Source: Microscilla marina ATCC 23134
GTDB lineage: Bacteria; Bacteroidota; Bacteroidia; Cytophagales; Microscillaceae
Reading direction: 5' to 3'
Assembly: GCF_000169175.1 (NCBI RefSeq)
Contig: NZ_AAWS01000006.1
Coordinates: 199,192-263,191, forward strand
Length of the DNA stretch: 64,000 bases
Shown piece after piece: positions 28,969 to 38,411 of the stretch. The translations under genes and the position numbers were made by a program. The stretch's first letter is position 1, and the number at the start of each line of letters is the position of its first letter. The notes below the pieces were generated by a model. The model was not told the origin of the DNA, did no database searches, and worked only from the letters and a program-made list of their open reading frames with translations.

Positions 28969-31269
28969 ATGATAGAACAAGGTACGCTGGAGCTTCCTAA
29001 AGATGGTATTGCTGGCTTGCGTCAAAACTGGCGAATAGACCTTTTTGCTGGTTTATTGGTGTTTATGCTCACCCTTCCTTTATGTTTGAGTACTGCTTTT
29101 GCCAGTAACTTTCCTGTTTGGTCGGGCATCATATCGGCTTTAGTAGCTGGGAGCATTGTCACTTTTTTGAGCGGTTCACCCCTTACTATCAAAGGACCTA
29201 CCATTGGTTTTGCTGCAGTGCTTGCTTATGGAGTACAAAACCTAGGGAGTGGTTATTTTATCACAGGTTATAAATATACATTGGTGGCCATTATTATGGC
29301 AGGGAGCCTGCAGGTTCTTTTGGGTTTGTTACGTATTGGCAACTGGCGCAGTATTATTCCCGATTCATTGGTATACGGACTGATGGGGGGTGTAGGTATT
29401 ACTATCCTTGGGCGTCAGCTTTATTTTTTGCTAGGAGCTACCCCTGATGTTTCAAGTGAATCTATGTTATGGATGAAGTTACCTAACTTATTGCCCACAG
29501 ACTTTGCAAGCCCTTTTTGGAACTTTATGGGTGGGTGGGTAGACACTTACCATGACACAGCCATTACTATTAACCCAAATATAGCTTTCATAGGCATTAC
29601 CAGTTTGTGTTTAATGTTTATTTTTTCGTCTATCAAATACCCTAAAATATTACCATCTGCTGTAGTCGTTTTATTGTTTGGTTTGATGGCTACTTTCTAC
29701 TTTAGCTTACATACCAAAGATACGGCACATCTTATCGTGCGAACAAGCTATGCTCAGGCCTTGTTTGTGTTTCCTGATTTTTCAAAGTTTTATATTTTGA
29801 AAACGCTTGAAGTTACTTTCATTATTTTAGCAATTAGTACCCTCGAAACAGCGGTCAATGTAAAAACAATTGATGCTGTAGACTTGTACCGCCGTCGATC
29901 CAAACTCAACAGAGAGGTATTGGCTATAGGCATAGGCAATATGATCAGTGGATTTTTGGGAGGGTTGCCCTTGATAGCTACCATGGACGAAAGCTCAAAG
30001 AATGTAAATAATGGAGCAAAAACGCGTTGGGCTAACTTTTTTCAAAGTTTATTTTTACTTGTATTTGTTTTGTTGGTTTTTTCAGTGTTCAAATATATTC
30101 CAAAAGCGGCACTTTCTGCCATCGTTATTTATGCGGTGTATCGTCTCAACTCTCCTCAACTCATCAAGGACTTAAAACAAGTAGGCAAAGAGCAATTGTT
30201 GATCTATATAGTAACCTTGATAGCTACTGTATTTTTAGGCGTGTTATGGGGGGTATTAATAGGCATTGTTATTACTTTAGTTTCTTATAAGCTATTGGGT
30301 GCTTCTTTTTCCTCGTTGTTTCGCATTAAAGTAACTACTACTCAAAAGAAAAGAAAGATTCGTATTTTCATTGAAAATGCTGCATTGGCTTCTAATTACC
30401 CAAGTTTACGCAAGCATTTACGTGATGTGCCTGAGGGACATTATTTAATCATTGACTTCTCTAAATCTAAGGTGATTGACTATGGCTTTATGGAAAATAT
30501 ATATTTCTTTGCTTATTCCTATAGTGTTCAAAACGGTAAAATAGAACTGAATGGTTTGGAACAACATAAGGCAGTGTCGGCACACCCGTTGGCTACCCGA
30601 AAACTTATAAAACGTAAAGCAGTAGATAAAAGCAAAAAAATACACTTGGTGGAAAAAGGGATATTAGACGAACGCCAGCTTGATGTACAAGGAGTGGCCG
30701 CTATCAATAATGCACGTTTTAAACCTAATATCACTTTTGATGGAGTAAAACTTCAGGGGTTTCACTTTGCCCTAGGGTATGAAATAAAGTACAGTGAAAA
30801 TACATTTGCCAAGTTTTTTGGGGTAACTCGTATTGAGTTTTCAGATATATTCTTGTCCAAGGGTATTCGTATGAGTGAACAAAGCCATAAAATGTCGGTA
30901 TTGCTAGTGTATGGGGTAGAAGCTTATATACCCGACTTTACACTTGGGCGAGAGCACTTATTAGCAAAGCTTATTCAAAGTGTGGGCTATGGCGACATAG
31001 ACTTTGACGATTACCCTGGATTTTCGGAAGCCTACTTACTCAAAGGTGAAAAAGAAGAAGAAATTAGGGCTTTATTTTCCCGTGAATTGATTGATTTTTT
31101 GGAAAAAAACCAAGGTTTTAACATTGAAAGTCGTAATAATAATATATTGATTTATAAGGAAAAAGCTTTGATGAATAGGGTAGAAATGGAAGATGCTGTT
31201 GAGTTTACCGAAAACTTCTTGTCTATTATTTATAATGCCAACAAACAAAACAGTGAAGTAGCTATATAG
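28969..31269 (+). CDS. SulP-family anion transporter with STAS domain fused to a ~270-aa uncharacterised C-terminal domain
   Basis: Residues 1-~430 form a SulP membrane core and residues ~440-510 are STAS-like (IIDFSKSKVIDYGFMENIYF). A soluble extension without recognisable motifs follows. Confidence 0.7.
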   Translation: MIEQGTLELPKDGIAGLRQNWRIDLFAGLLVFMLTLPLCLSTAFASNFPVWSGIISALVAGSIVTFLSGSPLTIKGPTIGFAAVLAYGVQNLGSGYFITGYKYTLVAIIMAGSLQVLLGLLRIGNWRSIIPDSLVYGLMGGVGITILGRQLYFLLGATPDVSSESMLWMKLPNLLPTDFASPFWNFMGGWVDTYHDTAITINPNIAFIGITSLCLMFIFSSIKYPKILPSAVVVLLFGLMATFYFSLHTKDTAHLIVRTSYAQALFVFPDFSKFYILKTLEVTFIILAISTLETAVNVKTIDAVDLYRRRSKLNREVLAIGIGNMISGFLGGLPLIATMDESSKNVNNGAKTRWANFFQSLFLLVFVLLVFSVFKYIPKAALSAIVIYAVYRLNSPQLIKDLKQVGKEQLLIYIVTLIATVFLGVLWGVLIGIVITLVSYKLLGASFSSLFRIKVTTTQKKRKIRIFIENAALASNYPSLRKHLRDVPEGHYLIIDFSKSKVIDYGFMENIYFFAYSYSVQNGKIELNGLEQHKAVSAHPLATRKLIKRKAVDKSKKIHLVEKGILDERQLDVQGVAAINNARFKPNITFDGVKLQGFHFALGYEIKYSENTFAKFFGVTRIEFSDIFLSKGIRMSEQSHKMSVLLVYGVEAYIPDFTLGREHLLAKLIQSVGYGDIDFDDYPGFSEAYLLKGEKEEEIRALFSRELIDFLEKNQGFNIESRNNNILIYKEKALMNRVEMEDAVEFTENFLSIIYNANKQNSEVAI

Positions 31270-31491
31270 AATAGGTTGGGTATTGTTGGGTACTATTGGA
31301 GAATGTTGTATTTTTGAATAGGTGCTTGTGTTGGGTACTTAGTTAAAACCAATGTGAGACTGTTATCTGGTAATTTAAAACATCCTTTCTCCTTGTTTTA
31401 AAAATCATGCAAAATATTCAAAAGAGTGAATTTTAAAACAAGTGCTTATTTTTATAAAATATTCTACTCCATCAACACTTATTTAAACATT

Positions 31492-32145
31492 ATGGCAAAT
31501 TTATTATTACCAAGCGATATAAGTTGGCTTACTATAAAACACCATTCTTTAGAAGATATTCTTCAGACCCTTCAGCTAACCGATCCTATGCCGTTATCCT
31601 GGAATACGGGCGTGTGTACGATTCTATCTGATTATTGGGACACACGCCAAACCCCTGACAGCACACTTACCCGTGTTTATGTTAGCGCCCCCCTTGATGG
31701 GTGGGTTTTTGTTTTTGGTGACGGTATTTTTGTCAAAGATATAGAACACCCTATCATTGCTACTGAAGACCGGTCTGATATTATTCAGTCATTGGCTCAG
31801 CAACTCAGTACTGTATATGGTTCTGTAGCTTATTTTACATCACAACCTCGTCGCGATTGGTTTGAGTGGATGTGGTTACAAAAGGGAGAAGTTAAACGAT
31901 ACTTTGAGTGGAATGATGGGGACCTACAAGTACAAGGATCCCCCATTTTAGACAATGAAACAACACTTATCGAACAAGCTACTGCCAACGACTCGGTATA
32001 TTGGGAGGATGTGGTGTTTGAGGTTTTAGAGAAAGTTTGTATAAATCCTGAGACAGTCAATCAAAGAGTAACAAAGGGTGTGCTTGCTACTACACCTTAT
32101 GGCAAAAAAGTGGGAGTACCTCCACAACCCGTACTTGATTTATAG
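31492..32145 (+). CDS. Hypothetical protein
   Basis: The internal ATG (MANLLLPSD) is the preferred start. The track start is GTG. Confidence 0.4.
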   Translation: MANLLLPSDISWLTIKHHSLEDILQTLQLTDPMPLSWNTGVCTILSDYWDTRQTPDSTLTRVYVSAPLDGWVFVFGDGIFVKDIEHPIIATEDRSDIIQSLAQQLSTVYGSVAYFTSQPRRDWFEWMWLQKGEVKRYFEWNDGDLQVQGSPILDNETTLIEQATANDSVYWEDVVFEVLEKVCINPETVNQRVTKGVLATTPYGKKVGVPPQPVLDL

Positions 32146-32149
32146 TCAA

Positions 32150-32181
32150 TAAAAAAGGTGAGCGTTGACTCACCTTTTTTG
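32150..32181. terminator. Bidirectional terminator AAAAAAGGTGAG-cgttga-CTCACCTTTTTT
   Basis: Perfect stem flanked by an A-run and a T-run, between convergent genes. Confidence 0.75.
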
Positions 32182-32191
32182 GTATTCATAT

Positions 32192-33076
32192 CTATTGGTT
32201 TTCTTCTATAAAATCTATCAAGTCAGCCATTTTCTTAAAGACATATACGTTTTCTGGAATGTCTAAAGGTTGGGCTACTACTTGCGAACCACTCAATAAA
32301 ATGGTTTTATCTGAAAAGTCACTAGCCAGCTTGTCAATGTATTTTTGTACATCTTTACGAACGGGGTAAGAAGTAAAGATACTGACCATATAATCTGGCT
32401 GATAGTGTTCTGATGTTGTTATTAGGTCATCGTAAGGTAAACTAGTACCCAGATAAATTACTCTTTGGCTACGTACCCTCACCAAATAATTTGCAAATAA
32501 TAACCCCAATTCATGGTTTTCATTATTGGGTAAAAACATCAAGTACTTCTTTGCATTTTTGTCAGTACTATTGATTTGTCCATCAATTGCGACAATGGTT
32601 TTTTGTCTAATCAAGTTAGAAATAAAGTGCTCTTGGGCAACATTGATAGAGCCCGCTTGCCAGAGTGCTCCTATTTTTACTAAAAATGGGTAAATAATGT
32701 TGACTACTGTTTTTTCAAAACCAGCCTGAAGAGTACTTGTGGCAATGATTTTTTCGAAGCGCTCTTCGTCCATATCTATCATTGCTAGTGTAAGCCCCTG
32801 TATTTGGTCTGTATAACGGTCGCTTTTTTGAGTAATAGATAAGACCTCCTCTTTAATCTCATCTTTCTGCATTTTGGCAATGGTCGATATTTTAAAACCA
32901 TGCTCTTTTAGCAGTGAGACATTCAGAATAAGCTTTAAATCATTGTCGTTATAATAACGAATATTGGTATCAGTTCGTTTGGGTTCTACCAGTTTATAGC
33001 GCTGCTCCCATATACGTAGCGTATGCGCTTTTATACCTGATAAATGTTCAAGATCTTTTATTGAATAATGAATCAT
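32192..33076 (-). CDS. MerR-family regulator with B12-binding domain (CarH/LitR-type light-responsive repressor)
   Basis: N-terminal MerR HTH (YSIKDLEHLSGIKAHTLRIWEQRY). The four-helix-bundle motif W...EH (WQAGSINVAQEHF) is followed by the B12 His motif ENHELG (E/DxHxxG) and a Rossmann-like C-terminus. The preferred start is the ATG (MIHYSIKD). Confidence 0.65.
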   Translation of the reverse strand: MIHYSIKDLEHLSGIKAHTLRIWEQRYKLVEPKRTDTNIRYYNDNDLKLILNVSLLKEHGFKISTIAKMQKDEIKEEVLSITQKSDRYTDQIQGLTLAMIDMDEERFEKIIATSTLQAGFEKTVVNIIYPFLVKIGALWQAGSINVAQEHFISNLIRQKTIVAIDGQINSTDKNAKKYLMFLPNNENHELGLLFANYLVRVRSQRVIYLGTSLPYDDLITTSEHYQPDYMVSIFTSYPVRKDVQKYIDKLASDFSDKTILLSGSQVVAQPLDIPENVYVFKKMADLIDFIEENQ

Positions 33077-33265
33077 GCTGTTATTGTATCTTCTGTGAAA
33101 TTCAAATGATAAAATGGTCAGATACACATAAATATGATGCGTGATCTGATGCCTCAAGGTTAGAATAGGAGGCAGGTGTGCTTATTCCATAAAAAGAGAT
33201 GAACTATAAAAAGATGAAGTTCTTGATAGGACAACAATAAAGCTAGGGAAGTGTTTAAAAATTGC

Positions 33266-33688
33266 TTAATTTTTTTGGCAGTTCTTGCAAACTCCCTGCA
33301 TCAAAATATTTACTTCATTGGCTTTATAACCTTTGGGTAAGCTAATTTGTGGAATCTTAATTTCCTCCAAACAAGTAGTGAGCCCACAGCTTACACACTT
33401 AAAGTGAATATGTTCGTGATTATGGTCTGTATCTTGGCACTCATCACTACAAAGCGCATAGCGGGGTGTACCACTGTCATCTAGTACTTTATGAATAATG
33501 CCTTTATCTACAAAAGTACGTAAAGTCCTGTAAACGGTTACCCGATCGTGTTCCTCTGATATTTCTTTTTCAATCTCTGCGTTTGACAAAGCATAGCCTG
33601 AATCTAAAAACAATCCCAGAATCTCACTTCTCGAATGTGTACTTCTTAGCTCGTTACTTTTTAATATGCCTCTAATAACCTCTTTCAT
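33266..33688 (-). CDS. Fur-family metalloregulator (Fur/Zur/PerR)
   Basis: 140 aa with the winged-helix RVTVYRTL, the His cluster HNHEH and two CxxC pairs. Confidence 0.8.
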   Translation of the reverse strand: MKEVIRGILKSNELRSTHSRSEILGLFLDSGYALSNAEIEKEISEEHDRVTVYRTLRTFVDKGIIHKVLDDSGTPRYALCSDECQDTDHNHEHIHFKCVSCGLTTCLEEIKIPQISLPKGYKANEVNILMQGVCKNCQKN

Positions 33689-34119
33689 AGCAAAATCAAG
33701 TCTATTGTTTTTAGTTAAAGTTACAAACTCTTACCTAAGTACGCAAAATATTTAACTGCTGGTTCATTTTTTTTACTTACCACACTCCTCTATGGTATGC
33801 TTTACTATTTGTTTGTTGTTGGGTTTTTTATTTGAAATATTCAATTTAATGAATGCTTGTTGTTTTGTGTGTCTTGGTTGTTTTTTTAGCTTATTATTTG
33901 TGAAATATATCGAATTTATTGTTTGATAGTTTATATTTAGTGCCATTTTATGGTTTTTTACATTATTTTATTCTTTTAATGATTTTATTTGAAGGTAATA
34001 TGTGTTATAATTGTTATAAATATGTTATTGATGATTATTAGATAAGTACATTTATTACTTGATAGCAGAGAATATTATTACCCAGTTCAATATTACAAGA
34101 CTTAAAAAGATTATCAGAG

Positions 34120-35508
34120 ATGAAAGAAGCACTTTTTACCGTCCATAACCTGTGGATGATGATTGCCACTATTTTGGTATTTATTATGCACCTTGGTTTT
34201 GCCACTCTCGAATCGGGTCTCACCCAATCTAAAAATACGGTCAATATTTTATTTAAAAATGTATTGATTATAGCCATTGGCTTGCTTACCTATACCTTCA
34301 TTGGTTTTAACCTCATGTATCCAGGAGAAGCTTTTTCAGGAATGTTTTTTGGTTTTAATGGCTTAGGGGTAGCGTTGCCCACAGGGGGGGACACAGCTCA
34401 ATATGGAGCAGGTCATTACACTTATTGGACAGACTTTATTTTTCAGGCAATGTTTGCTGCCACTTGTATTACCATAGTGTCAGGGGCAGTTGCCGAACGA
34501 ATCAAACTAGAGGCTTTTCTTTTGTTTGCGGTATTTTTTGTAGCAATCATATACCCTATGGTTGGTATGTGGAAATGGGGAGGAGGATTTCTCGAAACAT
34601 TGGGCACCGATAAAGGTCTTTTTACTGGTCTTTTAGCAACGGTTGAAAAAGGTAAAAATGTAGGTACTCCATTTTATGATTTTGCTGGATCTAGCATTGT
34701 CCATTCGGTAGGAGGTTGGGCTGCCTTAGCTGGAGTGTTGCTATTAGGAGCCCGTAAGGGTAAATATACAGACGGTAAGATCAATACCATTCCCGGTCAT
34801 AATATGCCATTGGCAGCAATGGGAGTATTTTTATTGTGGTTTGGTTGGTTTGGTTTCAACGGTGGATCAGTACTTTCAGCAGAAGCTGGCAATGTTTCCA
34901 GGGTTTTTGTTACTACCTCGCTGGCGGCTGCGGCTGGGGCGCTGGGAGCATTTTTCACTTCATTTTTCATCCTCAAAACACACGACCTTACCATGAGCCT
35001 CAATGGTATACTAGGGGGCTTGGTAGGTATTACTGCCGGAGCTGATGTGATGTCTGTGTCTGATGCCGTCTTGATTGGGCTTATTGCTGGTATTTTGGTA
35101 GTGCTTGCCGTATTATTCTTTGACCGCAAACGTCTTGACGACCCAGTGGGTGCCATTGCCGTTCATTTGGTTTGTGGGGTATGGGGCACAATGGCAGTAG
35201 CTATACTTGGAGCCAAAGCCGGATGGGGGCAGTTTGTGAGCCAATTGATTGGCATTAGTGCCATTGGCTTATTTTCTTTTGGCTCTGCTTATGTTGTTTT
35301 TTATATAGTGAAAAAGACCGTAGGCATTAGAGTATCGGAAACTGAGGAATTGGAAGGGTTGGATTTACATGAACATGGAATGAGTGCTTACCCTAATTTT
35401 ACAATGACCACTGCTGCTTCAGTTGCATCACCTGAACAACATCAAGTGGTTACCAATGCTACCCAAACAACAAATCAAACCAAAGATATTGCTTTAATCA
35501 AAACCTAA
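34120..35508 (+). CDS. amtB: Ammonium transporter (Amt family)
   Basis: 462 aa and about 11 TM helices. The blocks DFAGSSIVH and GVWGT match the Amt signatures. Confidence 0.9.
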   Translation: MKEALFTVHNLWMMIATILVFIMHLGFATLESGLTQSKNTVNILFKNVLIIAIGLLTYTFIGFNLMYPGEAFSGMFFGFNGLGVALPTGGDTAQYGAGHYTYWTDFIFQAMFAATCITIVSGAVAERIKLEAFLLFAVFFVAIIYPMVGMWKWGGGFLETLGTDKGLFTGLLATVEKGKNVGTPFYDFAGSSIVHSVGGWAALAGVLLLGARKGKYTDGKINTIPGHNMPLAAMGVFLLWFGWFGFNGGSVLSAEAGNVSRVFVTTSLAAAAGALGAFFTSFFILKTHDLTMSLNGILGGLVGITAGADVMSVSDAVLIGLIAGILVVLAVLFFDRKRLDDPVGAIAVHLVCGVWGTMAVAILGAKAGWGQFVSQLIGISAIGLFSFGSAYVVFYIVKKTVGIRVSETEELEGLDLHEHGMSAYPNFTMTTAASVASPEQHQVVTNATQTTNQTKDIALIKT

Positions 35509-35563
35509 AATATTCCATTGTACTTGTTGCTACTTATATACGTAGTGATTTTTCTGATAAATT

Positions 35564-35599
35564 CGGAAAGGAGTTTGGCAATGCTGAACTCCTTTTTTG
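35564..35599 (+). terminator. Rho-independent terminator after amtB
   Basis: GGAAAGGAGTT..AACTCCTTT followed by TTTTTT. Confidence 0.7.
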
Positions 35600-35958
35600 T
35601 TAACCTAAACTTAAGGCTTGCAGCACTATCCATTGTCATAGGAGAGAGGTATTTATTATCGAATAGTTGATAGAATATTTTTAAAATTCTGATAATCAGT
35701 TGGTTATATTAATTGTTATAATAAATACCTGAGCTCAGCGTTCTGAATGAAATAATGAGTAATATATATCATTAGCCATATTTAGTTACCAATCAAAACC
35801 CTCTTATACATAGATTGTAGGCGGGTTTTTTCTGTTTTATCTCTCCTTACTAACTACCTATTCACGAATCTGACCTAGGTTTTACAACATTTTTTTTTGA
35901 GGGGTGTAAGTTTTACGCCTTTGGGTATACTTATAAATAAAACAATGGACTACCAACC

Positions 35959-36459
35959 TTGGAACAAGTATTCACAAAACTGATCACCGAAAATCAAGGA
36001 ATTATACATAAGGTTTGCAATATATACTGCAAAAATGAAGGAGACCGTGCCGACCTGTTTCAGGAAATTATATTGCAGTTATGGAAATCTTATGGATCTT
36101 TTCAGGGGCGTTCAAAAATAAGTACCTGGATGTACCGAATTGCTTTAAACACTGCCATTACGAGTTTTCGAAAACAGAAGAAAAACAAAGTCCAACAACA
36201 ACTTTCCATTCAAGAATTTCAGATTCCTGATGTGCGTCCTGACGAAGATTTTGAAGAAAAACTAGCTACTCTATATCAGGCCATCAGGCAACTCTCCAAG
36301 GTAGAGCGCGCTGTGATTATGCTTTATCTCGAAGACAAAAGCTATCAGGAAATGGCTGAAATATTGGGTATCTCAGAGTCAAATGTAGGAGTAAAACTCA
36401 ACCGGGTTAAAAAGAAACTTAAAAAGATTATTAAGCCAGAATTATATGGAGTTAGATGA
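35959..36459 (+). CDS. ECF-type RNA polymerase sigma-70 factor
   Basis: Region 2 (DLFQEIILQLW) and region 4 (SYQEMAEILGISESNVGVKLNRVKKKL) are both present. The apparent start is TTG. Confidence 0.75.
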   Translation: MEQVFTKLITENQGIIHKVCNIYCKNEGDRADLFQEIILQLWKSYGSFQGRSKISTWMYRIALNTAITSFRKQKKNKVQQQLSIQEFQIPDVRPDEDFEEKLATLYQAIRQLSKVERAVIMLYLEDKSYQEMAEILGISESNVGVKLNRVKKKLKKIIKPELYGVR

Positions 36460-37036
36460 ACTAAAATCTCTGTGGCAAAACCAACAGCTAGTAGGAAAAG
36501 CACATAGCGAGCAGGACATTCAAGCCATCCTGAAGCAAAAGACAAATCCAATTTTAAAGAGAATTTATGACAAGTTTTTTCTTGAAATGGGTATCTCTTC
36601 AGTGATCGTAGCTTTTATAACAGGAGTATACATCTACCAGCAAGACTATGCATTAGCTATGATGTCTATCTTAGTTTCTGGGCTTATAGGAAGTGTTTAT
36701 TGGCTGATCTACAAACAGGTAAATATTAATTTTAGCCTTGATAGCCTTAAGGTAGCTCTTTCTAAAATGGAACGATTGTTTAACATTTATGACAAGCTCC
36801 TCAAATATGTCCGCTATATGTTAGGCATAGGGTTTTGTATTGGCATTACAATAGGTTATTTCATCAATAAAAAACCTTTTGAGTTCAACCTTAAGTTTTT
36901 TGTTTTGTTGACCACCATTGTACCTGTAAGCATTGTTTTGTCATATCCTATGAAATGGCTTATTGACTACATGTATGGGCAACATATCCAAGAGTTGAAA
37001 GGGGCTTATTTAGAACTGAATGATTTGGAAAAGTAA
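36446..37036 (+). CDS. Small membrane protein, putative cognate anti-sigma factor
   Basis: Overlaps the sigma gene by 14 bp. It has a cytoplasmic N-terminus and then three or four TM helices. Confidence 0.45.
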   Translation: MELDELKSLWQNQQLVGKAHSEQDIQAILKQKTNPILKRIYDKFFLEMGISSVIVAFITGVYIYQQDYALAMMSILVSGLIGSVYWLIYKQVNINFSLDSLKVALSKMERLFNIYDKLLKYVRYMLGIGFCIGITIGYFINKKPFEFNLKFFVLLTTIVPVSIVLSYPMKWLIDYMYGQHIQELKGAYLELNDLEK

Positions 37037-37080
37037 GGGGCCTCAACCCTTTGTTTTATCAATAATAATTTGTTAGCACT

Positions 37081-37599
37081 ATGAACATTATTAAAAAAAT
37101 CAAAGCTTTTTACCAAAGACACAAAACTACAATGAACAGTGTATCGCCAGAGGATGCGATAGTTATTGCTCAAAGTCACCAAGGACGCCTTACAGCTGGA
37201 CAGTTGGCTCGTAATAGCTCATTAAACTATTTGCAGGCTTCGCTCAAGCTACATTGTTTGAGCCAAAAAGGGTACTTTCGTACTGCCCTCACCGACGCAG
37301 GAGAGGTATACTTACTAAAACAAGGAAAAGAAGCAGGTTCATTGAGTCATTTCTCCAAAAAACACCTTCATCTCACCGATGCAGAAGTACTCAGTGCTGC
37401 AATAGAGCATAGTGGAAGTTTAACCCCAACTAGGCTATGTGTGGCTACAGGTAGTAGCATAGATGTAGCCCAAAAAAAGTTAGAGGAATTGCACCTAAAA
37501 GGTGTGTTTGAACTTGAGGTAACCAATAGCGGAGTCATTTTATATGTTTTAAATGAGACTGATTGGAGAGAGGATTCAAGCACTAAAAAAGTAGGTTAA
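37081..37599 (+). CDS. Hypothetical protein with internal duplication (two ~60-aa winged-helix-like repeats), paralog 1
   Basis: About 35-40% identical to the next ORF. Both begin M..I.KK.K..Y.RH. Confidence 0.5.
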   Translation: MNIIKKIKAFYQRHKTTMNSVSPEDAIVIAQSHQGRLTAGQLARNSSLNYLQASLKLHCLSQKGYFRTALTDAGEVYLLKQGKEAGSLSHFSKKHLHLTDAEVLSAAIEHSGSLTPTRLCVATGSSIDVAQKKLEELHLKGVFELEVTNSGVILYVLNETDWREDSSTKKVG

Positions 37600-37600
37600 A

Positions 37601-38113
37601 ATGAAGATTTTTAGAAAGGTAAAAGAGGTGTATAAAAGACATCAAAAGGCTATGCATAGTATGTCTGACGATGACATACTGACCATTATCAGAAACAATA
37701 ATGGGCGCATAACCGCCACTGGCTTAGCACGTCAAACAGTACTTACTTATATACAAGCTTCGCTCAAGTTACAAAGCCTTTATGACAAAGGCTATTTAAA
37801 GATTACTTACAGTAATAGTGGGATGACGCAAATTATGGTGTTAAAAGCACAAACTTTGCCTACTATAGCATCATCATCTAAATTAACTGATGCAAAAGTA
37901 CTGCAGGTTGTTATACAAGCAGGTGGTAAGATCACCCCAGCAGCTTTGTGTGTGGCTCTTGAGTGTAGCATTGATGAAGCGCGCAAAAAACTTGATGAAC
38001 TTCAAATGAAAGATGTTTTTGATCTTGAAGTAACTGATAAAGGCGCTATTTTATATGTGCTCAATGATATAGATTGTTTTCAAGATTCAAAAGTCAAAAA
38101 TTTACCTAAATAA
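37601..38113 (+). CDS. Paralog 2 of the duplicated-repeat protein
   Basis: Starts 2 bp after paralog 1. It has the same two-repeat architecture (..ITATGLARQT..ASLKL.SLYDKGY / ..ITPAALCVAL..IDEARKKLDEL). Confidence 0.5.
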   Translation: MKIFRKVKEVYKRHQKAMHSMSDDDILTIIRNNNGRITATGLARQTVLTYIQASLKLQSLYDKGYLKITYSNSGMTQIMVLKAQTLPTIASSSKLTDAKVLQVVIQAGGKITPAALCVALECSIDEARKKLDELQMKDVFDLEVTDKGAILYVLNDIDCFQDSKVKNLPK

Positions 38114-38411
38114 TATTATTATGTTAAGTTAAATGTTTTTAAAACTCTCCATCTTACGTCATTGTAAGTAAGTGTGTAAAAATAAAACTTTAAAAAAGTA
38201 AGTACATTATTTGATTGTAGTGGCAGAATAGATGACTTTATAAGGCTACCAACAAGATGTGTTTTAGAAGCTGTTTACAGCAACCTCAACCTTTGGACAT
38301 TTTGGGAGAAAAGCCTTATATTGTTTGGTTGTAATTTTGTAGCAACAAAAATAGTGGAGGTTTTATCATTCTATTATTACCTTTTGCTTACCATTAATTT
38401 GAGCATCTACC

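Noticed and set aside
33700-34120. Possible regulatory repeats in the 430-bp AT-rich fur/amtB divergent region
   Set aside because: It has many short T/A-rich iterations but no clear repeated motif or palindrome that I could define with confidence.
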